A model generated the notes under the pieces. It was not told the origin of the DNA. It ran no database searches and saw only the letters and a list, made by a program, of their open reading frames with translations. From an archaeon (GTDB lineage Archaea > Nanobdellota > Nanobdellia > Pacearchaeales > GW2011-AR1): a stretch of 64,000 bases of DNA. Positions 18,175 to 26,295 of this stretch are shown piece after piece. Each line of letters opens with the position of its first letter. The first letter of the stretch is position 1. Where the stretch lies: assembly GCA_021107855.1 (NCBI GenBank), contig JAIORZ010000011.1, forward strand, positions 7,686 to 71,685, read 5' to 3'. A program made the translations under genes and the position numbers.

Positions 18175-19095
18175 ATGAGAGGGAAGCTGGGGTGGATTCG
18201 GATTTTAGAGGCTACGGTTGCGGTGTTAATTGTGAGTGGGGCTATAATTGCGGTTTATTCTAATCATCCGTCGCGGGGAGAGAGTATTGAGGAGCAGGCT
18301 TATAGTTTACAGAGGCAGATTTTGGATGAGGTTGCTATGGATGAGGGGTTGAGGTTGGCGGTTTTGAATGTTGAGACGGATTTGCCTGGGGATACTAATT
18401 ATGATGAGTTGGATGAGTATGTTGCGGAGAGTATTCCGGATGGGTTTGGTTATTTGCTTCGGATTTGTCTTATGGGAGATGAGAGGGATTTTTGTAAGAT
18501 GGACAAGATGACATTTAGTGCGACTAAGGATTATGATATTTTTGTCGAGGATGTTTTGATTTCTGCGGAGATTGGGAATGGTTCGGGGGAGGAGGTTTAT
18601 TTGCCGAAGAAGGTGAGGTTGTTTTTTTGGGAGGGTGGTTGGCCGGAGGGATTTTGTAGGGATGAGTGTGCTATAGGAGGCCATATTTTAGGTTGTTCTG
18701 CCGATTTGACGCGGGTCGTGAATAGGAGTTGTGTTTACAATGTGACTAGTGGGTGTAATTATTATGATAATCCTGCTGATGTTGAGAGTTGTGAAACGTA
18801 TGAATTTTGTGTTAATGGTGCGTGTGAGGAAAGTGAGTATAAGATATGGAGATGTGAGATGAGAACTGTGATGGTGGATGACTGGACAGATAGTCGTTCT
18901 AATATTCCGTATTTGTGCGCGGCGTATGACGATTGGGCGTGGATAGGGTCCATAGAATGTCCTTGGTATAATTCGGATTGTGATGATCGCCATTATCAGT
19001 GTTATAATATTGATGAAGAAGAGACGGCTTGTGAAGTGGATCCAGCTTGTTCTAATGGATATACTTTAGCTGAGGCTATAGCGTGTATCTCTTAA
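18175..19095 (+). CDS. class III signal peptide (pilin-like) protein with Cys-rich C-terminal extension
   Basis: KLG|WIRILEA followed by a hydrophobic helix; many Cys in the last third. Confidence 0.7.
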   Translation: MRGKLGWIRILEATVAVLIVSGAIIAVYSNHPSRGESIEEQAYSLQRQILDEVAMDEGLRLAVLNVETDLPGDTNYDELDEYVAESIPDGFGYLLRICLMGDERDFCKMDKMTFSATKDYDIFVEDVLISAEIGNGSGEEVYLPKKVRLFFWEGGWPEGFCRDECAIGGHILGCSADLTRVVNRSCVYNVTSGCNYYDNPADVESCETYEFCVNGACEESEYKIWRCEMRTVMVDDWTDSRSNIPYLCAAYDDWAWIGSIECPWYNSDCDDRHYQCYNIDEEETACEVDPACSNGYTLAEAIACIS

Positions 19096-19099
19096 ATAC

Positions 19100-19792
19100 T
19101 TAAGTTTTTGATTTTAGTAGAGATGTAAATTTTACCACTTTATTTTTATCAAATATTTTTTCTAATTGTTTTTCTGTGGCATTAAATATGTTATTTAGTG
19201 ATTTAAATTCTTTTAAAAGATTTTTTGCTAGAGTTGGACCTATCCCTGGGAAGCCTTCTAATATGAATTGTTTTTGTAGCTTTGATGTTTGTTGTGTCTT
19301 GATTTGGCGTATTGCATTTTGTGATTTTTGTTTTTCGTAGCGCTTGGCGGTTAGGATTAGGAATCTTGCAGTGTCTTTTTCATTTTTTGTGTAGATGATT
19401 GGAACTTGGTAATCTGTTGTTATTGAAAGGAGCATGCCTCGGATTGCGTTTTCGTGGACGTTAAATTGATTGTAGTTGTAGTGAAAGTTTTCTAGAATTA
19501 GGAAATGTTTCGAGTATTTTTTTATTTCTAGAAGTTGTTTATGAAGTCTTTTGTCTAACATGGAGCCTATGAAGTCTGGGAAGGTTTTTCGTTCGATGAT
19601 TGTGTCGTTGATTAGGTAGTCGCCGATTTGGAGAAGTTCGTGTTGGATGTTGGCTTTTTGTTCGATGAGATTTGCGGTGATTAGGGATTGTCTTTCTCGG
19701 GTGTCAATGATGATTGGAGTTTTTGGGTTTGGGCAGGGGATGGTTGAGGATAAGGTTTTGGTTTTGGAGAAGATGTTTTCGATTTGTTTCAT
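19100..19792 (-). CDS. ERCC4/XPF nuclease with HhH (Hef nuclease half)
   Basis: IDTRE, GDY, ERKTFPDF, FPGIGP HhH. Confidence 0.92.
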   Translation of the reverse strand: MKQIENIFSKTKTLSSTIPCPNPKTPIIIDTRERQSLITANLIEQKANIQHELLQIGDYLINDTIIERKTFPDFIGSMLDKRLHKQLLEIKKYSKHFLILENFHYNYNQFNVHENAIRGMLLSITTDYQVPIIYTKNEKDTARFLILTAKRYEKQKSQNAIRQIKTQQTSKLQKQFILEGFPGIGPTLAKNLLKEFKSLNNIFNATEKQLEKIFDKNKVVKFTSLLKSKT

Positions 19793-21333
19793 AATAATGT
19801 GTGCTGTGTCTCTTTGGTTGGGTTTTCAAAATCTTTTTTTATTTGTTGGATTGCGGAGTGCATTCTTTTTTCTTTGTGGTGTGCGACATAGTGGAATGTT
19901 TCGTCGAGGGTTTTTTTAGTGATTAGGATTTTTAGTTTTCCTTTTGATAGTCTGGCGGTTCTTCCGGTTCGTTGAATTTTTCGGATTGCGGAAGGGATTG
20001 GTTCGTAAAATATGACCTCGTTTACTTCTGGGATGTCTAGTCCTTCTTCGGCTATTGACGTTGCGACTAGAACATTTATTTCTCCACGTTTAAATTTTTC
20101 TATTATTTCTTTTTGTTCTTTTTGCTTGAGTCCTGTTGTTTTTCCTTTGGCATGATTTTTGATTGCTTGACCGACGAAGTTTTCTGCTTTGATTTGAGGG
20201 AGTTTGTTTAGTTCTTCGGAGATTGTTCTTACGGTTTCTCTAAATTGGGCGAAGATTATGATTTTGGAATTTGGATTTTCTTTAAATTGAGTTTTGATTA
20301 AGTTTTTTAGTTTGTCGAGTTTTGGGTGTTCATGGGTTAGGAGTTGGGCTAAGGAGAATGCCTTTGTAAATTCTGGGGACTTTGTTAATTTCTGGACAGC
20401 TTTTGATTTTTTTTCTGCGGCTTGTTTGAAGAGGTCTTTTAGATATGCGATGAAAGAGGAGATTGTTTGAGTTTCTAGGAGGGTTAGGGCGTGGGATATT
20501 TTTAGTGCGGTTGCTGTGGCTGAGACTGCGAGCATTTTGTTGAGGTCTTTTTTTCTTTTGATTTCTTGCATGAGTCGGCTTTGGGTTTTTAGGAGCATTG
20601 TTTTTGATGGGTGACCAAAGAGGACTCGTCGGTGTTTTAGTTCGGAAATTTTTCTGTTGTAAATTATTTCTAATAAGATTTTTATTTCTAGGAAACTTGG
20701 TGGAAAATCAACTTCTATTTTTTCGAATTCTAGGTCTTGGAGGTAGGGTTTGACGTCGGGGGATTCTCGGGTTCTGATTTCAACTGCGGAAACTCCGAGG
20801 TTATCGCAGACGGTTGAAATTGTTTTTTTGTCGCCACCAGGGGAAGCTGTTAGGGCTAGGACTCGAGGATTGGTTGCTTGCATTTTGTAACGCTGGGCTA
20901 TGTTGTTATAGGCATAATTTTTGAGGCAGCGGTGACATTCGTCTACTACGAGGAGTGAGACTTCGTCTAATTTGTAGAGCTCTTTTCTGATGTCGTTTGC
21001 TATGCATTGAGGAGTCGAGAAAACGAATTCTGCGGTTTCCCATATCTCTTTTCTTTTTGTCGCGGGTGTTTTTCCTGTGAATAATTGCATGTCGGCCCAG
21101 TCTTCGGGGAGATTTTTTTTGAATGAGTCAAAATGTTGTTCGATTAGTGGTTTTGTTGGGGCGAGGATTAGAATTTTTTGAAGAGGGTATTTTTTGAAGC
21201 GTTGGATTGTTAGCATTACAGCTATGAGGGTTTTCCCTGTTCCAGTTGGTAGGATTACGAGGCAGTCTTCTTCTTTGCAAGTTTTATATATTGCGGATTG
21301 ATATTTTCGTGGGGTTAATTTTAGTTCTTCCAT
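19789..21333 (-). CDS. Hef/FANCM-like DEAD/DEAH helicase
   Basis: PTGTGKT, DECH, TASPG, EEGLDIP, QRTGRTAR. Confidence 0.93.
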   Translation of the reverse strand: MEELKLTPRKYQSAIYKTCKEEDCLVILPTGTGKTLIAVMLTIQRFKKYPLQKILILAPTKPLIEQHFDSFKKNLPEDWADMQLFTGKTPATKRKEIWETAEFVFSTPQCIANDIRKELYKLDEVSLLVVDECHRCLKNYAYNNIAQRYKMQATNPRVLALTASPGGDKKTISTVCDNLGVSAVEIRTRESPDVKPYLQDLEFEKIEVDFPPSFLEIKILLEIIYNRKISELKHRRVLFGHPSKTMLLKTQSRLMQEIKRKKDLNKMLAVSATATALKISHALTLLETQTISSFIAYLKDLFKQAAEKKSKAVQKLTKSPEFTKAFSLAQLLTHEHPKLDKLKNLIKTQFKENPNSKIIIFAQFRETVRTISEELNKLPQIKAENFVGQAIKNHAKGKTTGLKQKEQKEIIEKFKRGEINVLVATSIAEEGLDIPEVNEVIFYEPIPSAIRKIQRTGRTARLSKGKLKILITKKTLDETFHYVAHHKEKRMHSAIQQIKKDFENPTKETQHTLL

Positions 21334-21350
21334 GATTTTTTAGAAAGAAT

Positions 21351-22292
21351 TTATTTGAGTTTTTGAATATCTTTGAATATCTTCTTTGTTTCTGTTATTG
21401 GGAAGGTTATTAATCTTTTTAATGATGTTCTTTTCTTTTTCTTTTCTTCTTTTCTCTTTGGTATTTTCTTTGCTTTATCGAAATATTTTTTTATTTCGAA
21501 GTATCCGGCCTCAATGATTTTTTTGTAGTTGATAAGCTTGTGTGAATTGAATCCTTTCAAATCGGGTTCGATTAAGATGAGTTTTTTTACTGTGTTTAAT
21601 TTGGCTTCGGTTTGATTTTCGAGATAGTATCTGGATACGCTTTTTAGGATGGCGAATTTTGTTTTGAGGTTGCTGATGAGTCCTTTTTTTGGGTTGTGGT
21701 AGTGGTAGTTTTTGACTTTTCTATTAAGTACATTTATCGCTAGTTTTATATTATTTCCTTTTGCTACTTCGATTGGAAGGTTTGAGCTGACGCATCCGTC
21801 GATATAAATTTCTCCTTTAATTCGTTTTGCAGTAAGGACGCCTGGGATTGCGATTGAGGCTAATATTGCGTCGTAGATTAAAATGTTGTCGTTTTTTGTA
21901 AAGACTTTTTTCTCGCCATTTTTAATGTTTGTTGCGATTATTTTTAGCGGTATTTTTGTTTCGGATATTTTCTTATTTCGAAATATTTCTTTTAGTATAT
22001 CCTTTGCTTTTTTATATTCTATTCTGCCTTGGAAGTATTTTATTTCAAAAAGGTCTCGTGCCTTTAGTCCTTTTAATTTTTCGCTGATTGTTTCTGAGGT
22101 GTTTCCTATTGCGTAGAGTGCTCCGACGACGCTTCCCATAGATGTTCCGATTATTTCTGAAGGTTGAAGTTTTTGTTCTTCTAAAAATTTGATTATTCCG
22201 ATGTGAGCTAATCCTAGCGATGAGCCTCCAGATAAGATTAGGGAGAAGTCTTTTTTTTGTAGGTTGTTTATTTTGAAAAGTTTTTCTGGCAT
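21351..22292 (-). CDS. patatin-like phospholipase
   Basis: SGGSSLG, GTSMG, DGC; start at MPEKLF (22292). Confidence 0.88.
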   Translation of the reverse strand: MPEKLFKINNLQKKDFSLILSGGSSLGLAHIGIIKFLEEQKLQPSEIIGTSMGSVVGALYAIGNTSETISEKLKGLKARDLFEIKYFQGRIEYKKAKDILKEIFRNKKISETKIPLKIIATNIKNGEKKVFTKNDNILIYDAILASIAIPGVLTAKRIKGEIYIDGCVSSNLPIEVAKGNNIKLAINVLNRKVKNYHYHNPKKGLISNLKTKFAILKSVSRYYLENQTEAKLNTVKKLILIEPDLKGFNSHKLINYKKIIEAGYFEIKKYFDKAKKIPKRKEEKKKKRTSLKRLITFPITETKKIFKDIQKLK

Positions 22293-22906
22293 TAGATGAT
22301 TAATCCCCAGCCTAATACTATTGCTGTTATTGTAAATATTGTTATCCAGAGTGCTCGGCTTGCGTAGAAGATTCTTGATCCGTCGAGTCGTCCGAATGGA
22401 ATTATTGACCAGGCGATGAAATAGATTGAGAGTTTTGTGAAGAGTTCGAATCCGATGAGGTATGCCATTAGGGCTGCTATTAGATTTATTACGATTCCCC
22501 ATGTTACTATTAGTGCCATGTGCCATTCGGTGACTTGTGTGAATCGGTATAGCCCGTGTCTTTTCGCAACTCGCTCGGTCTTTGCTTTAATGTCGAATTC
22601 TAAAATCGCGAGCCAGAGAAAGAGTCCTTTTGAAAAGAGTGCTATTAGAAGTGGGAGCCATGCCATCGGAATTGGGTGTTTAAAGTGCATATCTTTTCTG
22701 AATCCGTATTGGGAGAGTGTCCAGAATTTTGTTTTGACGGATGTTTCGAAGTGGTAGCCGACGATTTTTTTTGTTAGGACGTTTAGGATTAAAATTATGG
22801 TGAAACTTAGTAAGGCGGGAAAGAATATTTCGGTATTTTTGAATGCGGTCGCAAGTGCAAGGATTAGGGCTGCAAGGATTATAGTAAAAAGTTCTTTTCC
22901 GTTCAT
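22292..22906 (-). CDS. M50/site-2 protease-like membrane protein lacking HExxH
   Basis: Multi-TM; IPFGRLDGSRI resembles NxxPxxxLDG. Confidence 0.6.
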   Translation of the reverse strand: MNGKELFTIILAALILALATAFKNTEIFFPALLSFTIILILNVLTKKIVGYHFETSVKTKFWTLSQYGFRKDMHFKHPIPMAWLPLLIALFSKGLFLWLAILEFDIKAKTERVAKRHGLYRFTQVTEWHMALIVTWGIVINLIAALMAYLIGFELFTKLSIYFIAWSIIPFGRLDGSRIFYASRALWITIFTITAIVLGWGLII

Positions 22907-23008
22907 GCAAGTTAGGGGTTAAAGATTTTTATAAAGTTATCTGGGTTGGTGTGGTTGTATGTTTTAGAACATAGAAATCTATTTAAATGAAAAGTTTGTT
23001 GTTTCCCC

Positions 23009-23314
23009 ATGTTGAAGATAAAGCGCTTGAGTGAAGTCGTCGGAAAGAAGGTATATGCCGATTCTGGAGATTTGTTTGGAATAATTGAAGAGGTTAATTT
23101 GGTTGATAATAAGATTGATGGCTGGAGGATTGTTGTTTCTAGGGATTCTGGAATGATTGAGGTTTTGGGTGGAGCTCGGGGAATTATTGTTCCGCATCAG
23201 TTTATTAAGGCGATTGGAGATGTTGTGATTATTAATAGGAATGCTGTTCCGGTTAGGCAAGAAGAAGAGTTGAGTGGTAGTGATGATTTTGATTCTGAAG
23301 AAGAGTTAATGTAA
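23009..23314 (+). CDS. PRC-barrel protein (CdpB-like cell division protein)
   Basis: SEVVGKKVY..G..G.IEE, IIVP...IKAIGDVVII, acidic tail. Confidence 0.8.
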   Translation: MLKIKRLSEVVGKKVYADSGDLFGIIEEVNLVDNKIDGWRIVVSRDSGMIEVLGGARGIIVPHQFIKAIGDVVIINRNAVPVRQEEELSGSDDFDSEEELM

Positions 23315-23415
23315 TTTCTATTTTCGCTGTCAATTTTATTGTAAAATTTTTTTTACGTACTCTTGTGCGCCGCAAAAATTTTTACTTCAAAACTTAACTA
23401 CCGAAAATAGAAATT
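23313..23415. repeat. dispersed 103-nt palindromic repeat family B, divergent copy
   Basis: Perfect 14-bp terminal IR AATTTCTATTTTCG/CGAAAATAGAAATT, central CGTAC-TCTT-GTGCGCC. Confidence 0.7.
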
Positions 23416-23469
23416 GTTTTGAGTGTCAGTATTAGTAATATTTAAATAAGTTTGATTATTTGATTTGAT

Positions 23470-23949
23470 ATGATATTTGAGAATGCGTTTTTTACGGAGA
23501 TGTTGTTACCGTTTTTATTGGTGTTTGTCGTCGTGTTTGCGATTTTGCAGAAGTCGAAGATTTTGGGCGACGGGAAGGCTCAGGTTGATGCGATTGTTAG
23601 TTTAGTTATTGGTCTGATTTTGATTGGAGTTCCGGGACCGCGAGATATCCTCGTCGGGATTATGCCTTGGATGGCGGTTGGTGTCGCAGTGATTTTGGTG
23701 TTTATGATTTTGTATGGTTTTGTCGCGGGGGATTTGAGTGGGAGTAATATGCCCAGTGGTTTGAAGTATACTTTTTTAGGCTTGGCTGCCGTGTTCACTG
23801 TGGGTGTTGTTTTATTTATTAGTGGGATGTGGGATAAGATTTGGGATTCGTTTGGAACGTCGAGTGATATTTGGATGAATATTGTTATGATTGTTTTGGT
23901 TTTAGGTGCGGTTGCTGTTGCGATTTTTAGTGGGAAGAAAGGCAAGTGA
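23470..23949 (+). CDS. multi-TM membrane protein (paralogue 1 of 3)
   Basis: PFLLVFVVVFAILQKSKILG motif shared with the next two genes. Confidence 0.85.
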   Translation: MIFENAFFTEMLLPFLLVFVVVFAILQKSKILGDGKAQVDAIVSLVIGLILIGVPGPRDILVGIMPWMAVGVAVILVFMILYGFVAGDLSGSNMPSGLKYTFLGLAAVFTVGVVLFISGMWDKIWDSFGTSSDIWMNIVMIVLVLGAVAVAIFSGKKGK

Positions 23950-23990
23950 GAACTGGAAAGATATATAAATATGGATTATTAGATTAGATT

Positions 23991-24500
23991 ATGGTTACAA
24001 CGATTACCGAAGTCTTGAATATCTGGAATGACATGGGTGTTTTTTCATACGTGATTCCGTTTCTGTTGATTTTTGCGGTTGTGTTTGCGATTTTGAAGAA
24101 GACGAAAATTTTAGGGGAGGATAACGACGGTATTCTGGCGATTATTTCGGTTGCATTGGGGCTGTTGTCGTTGCAGTTTGACTTTGTGAGTGAGTTTTAT
24201 GCAGTGATTTTTCCACGGTTTGGGATTGGACTGAGTATTTTTTTAGTGTTGATAATTTTTATTGGATTCTTTTTCCCTGAGGATAAAGATATTGGGAGTA
24301 TGAAATGGATAGGGTATGTTGTTGGTATTGGGGCTGTTATTTGGGCGCTTAGTGATTGGGATGAGTGGAGTAATTATGGTGGATTTGGTGGATGGTTCGG
24401 TGAGAATTTTTGGGCGCTGGTGATTTTAGGTGGTATTATAGCGGTTATTTCTATTGCAGTTAAGGGGAAGGATTCTTCAAAAGGGAAGGGCTCTTCGTAA
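23991..24500 (+). CDS. multi-TM membrane protein (paralogue 2 of 3)
   Basis: PFLLIFAVVFAILKKTKILG. Confidence 0.85.
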   Translation: MVTTITEVLNIWNDMGVFSYVIPFLLIFAVVFAILKKTKILGEDNDGILAIISVALGLLSLQFDFVSEFYAVIFPRFGIGLSIFLVLIIFIGFFFPEDKDIGSMKWIGYVVGIGAVIWALSDWDEWSNYGGFGGWFGENFWALVILGGIIAVISIAVKGKDSSKGKGSS

Positions 24501-24979
24501 TGGCAGTTGCTGATGTTTCGGCGATTGGATATTTTATGCCTATTTTTGCGTTCTTGTTAGTATTTATTGTGATTTATGCTTTACTTGTTAAGACTAAGGT
24601 TTTGGGTGAGAGTCCGGCGGTGATGCTTTTTATTTCGTTTATTCTTTCGAGTTTTTTTATTGTCGAAGCGAGTTTGGTTGATTTTGTGCAATTTAGTTCG
24701 GCTTGGTTTGGGGTGATTGTGATTTCGTTGTTTTTTTTGATTGTGGTTATAGCGTTTATTCCTGATATTGACTTGGCGGCTTTTTTTGGCAAGGGGAACT
24801 GGTTTGCTTGGGTTCTATTGGGGGGCATGCTTTTATTTTTTATTTTTAGCTCGGCTTATGTTTTTAATTGGGTTGTGAATTGGGGGATGCTTAAGGACTG
24901 GTTTGATAGTGATTGGTTTGGGATGGGTTTGTTATTAGTTATCGCAGGGGTCGTGTCTTTTGTATTGACAAAAAAATAA
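24500..24979 (+). CDS. multi-TM membrane protein (paralogue 3 of 3)
   Basis: AFLLVFIVIYALLVKTKVLG. Confidence 0.85.
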   Translation: MAVADVSAIGYFMPIFAFLLVFIVIYALLVKTKVLGESPAVMLFISFILSSFFIVEASLVDFVQFSSAWFGVIVISLFFLIVVIAFIPDIDLAAFFGKGNWFAWVLLGGMLLFFIFSSAYVFNWVVNWGMLKDWFDSDWFGMGLLLVIAGVVSFVLTKK

Positions 24980-25675
24980 TTATTTAGAAAGTTTTTTCAT
25001 TTCCTTGACGTTATCGATTAAGGGGTCCATTAATTTTGAGACTGTTCCGTGAAGGTTGTCGAGGTCTTTGTGTATCATTGCGGAGGATTCCCCGAATTCT
25101 GCCATTTTTCCTATGACTGCCTGTTGGAGTTGTTGAATTGAGTTTTCGATTCGTTTTAGGCGGTCGTCCATATTATCAACTTTATCTTGAATCTGGTTTT
25201 TGAATGAAACCATGTCGCCGACTTTTGTTTTATAATTTTCTAATTTTTCGGTTGCTACTTGTTCTGCAATTTCGGAGATTGTTTCGGTGTCCATGGATCC
25301 TTGTGGTGCGTAGTAGTCTTGTTCAGAATATGCTTGTGGTGTTGGTTGATAGTAGTCTTCTTCTTGTTGTGGCGGTGCTGGCTGGGCATATTCTTCTTGT
25401 TGAGGTTGTGGCGGTGCGGGTACCGGTGGTTGTGCCGCGGGCTGCTGTTCTGGTTCTCCTGGCATCATGGAAGCTTGCATCCCTTGTGGAGGTGGTGCGC
25501 TTGGCATTCCTTGTGCTGGTTGTTCTGGAGGCGATACGGCTTGTTTTATTTTAGCTTGACTGAGTGCATCGTTGATTTCTGCGGGAGAAATTCCTTCGTT
25601 TTGGAGTTGTGTTGTTATTTCAGCTTCAGATTTATTTTGTTGTTGCATTTCTGTTATTCGATCGAGAGTTGCCAT
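24980..25675 (-). CDS. hypothetical protein: helical N-domain, Pro/Gln linker, coiled coil
   Basis: Start at MATLDR (25675); the upstream extension in the ORF track is repeat A sequence. Confidence 0.8.
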   Translation of the reverse strand: MATLDRITEMQQQNKSEAEITTQLQNEGISPAEINDALSQAKIKQAVSPPEQPAQGMPSAPPPQGMQASMMPGEPEQQPAAQPPVPAPPQPQQEEYAQPAPPQQEEDYYQPTPQAYSEQDYYAPQGSMDTETISEIAEQVATEKLENYKTKVGDMVSFKNQIQDKVDNMDDRLKRIENSIQQLQQAVIGKMAEFGESSAMIHKDLDNLHGTVSKLMDPLIDNVKEMKKLSK

Positions 25676-25787
25676 GATTTCTTTCTCTTTAGAAAAGAGA
25701 AATTTCTCTTCCACCCAAATGGCGTACCTCTGTTGAGGCAAAGTAGAGAAACTTAATTTCCAAAACTGCGTTTTGATTTAATTCCAT
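25673..25787 (-). repeat. dispersed structured repeat family A, copy 2 with 30-nt in-frame insertion (32-aa mini-ORF 25689-25787)
   Basis: MELNQNAVLEIKFLYFASTEVRHLGGREISLF; homologous to the other two copies. Confidence 0.9.
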
Positions 25788-25788
25788 G

Positions 25789-26172
25789 TTAAGATATAGG
25801 CTTTACGCTTTTTATTTCTTTGTTAATTAGTTCTTCGACGTCTTTTTTCCGCATAAATTCTAAGGGTTGGAAATCTTTTAACATTCTTTCGATCAGCCCG
25901 ATTTCTTCTCGTTTGACGAATTTGTTGAATTCGGTTAAGAGGGAATTTGAGACTTTTTTTATTTTTTCGACGTCTTGTTTGATTGTTTGATTCTCCCGTT
26001 TTATTTCCCTTAAGTTTTCTTCTATGTCTTGGCGCGAGGATATTAAATTTTTGCCTAAAAGTAAGACACGTTCCCTGATAAGCTTGTTCCGTTCATCTAG
26101 GTCTCGGAGTCTTGTGTTGAAATCGGATAAGAGGAACTTAATTTGGTTGTCTTGGGGTTGAGGGTCGACCAT
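25789..26172 (-). CDS. coiled-coil hypothetical protein
   Basis: Heptad pattern; divergent from the secretion ATPase. Confidence 0.8.
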   Translation of the reverse strand: MVDPQPQDNQIKFLLSDFNTRLRDLDERNKLIRERVLLLGKNLISSRQDIEENLREIKRENQTIKQDVEKIKKVSNSLLTEFNKFVKREEIGLIERMLKDFQPLEFMRKKDVEELINKEIKSVKPIS

Positions 26173-26295
26173 GTTGGTGATTAGTCGGAGAAGTTTATAA
26201 TTGTTTAGGAAGGTTGGCGCGAGGATGAGAATATAAGGCTTCGGGATACATATCTTTTAATATTCTTTTTTGTTTGAATTTTTAGGTGAAGAAAA

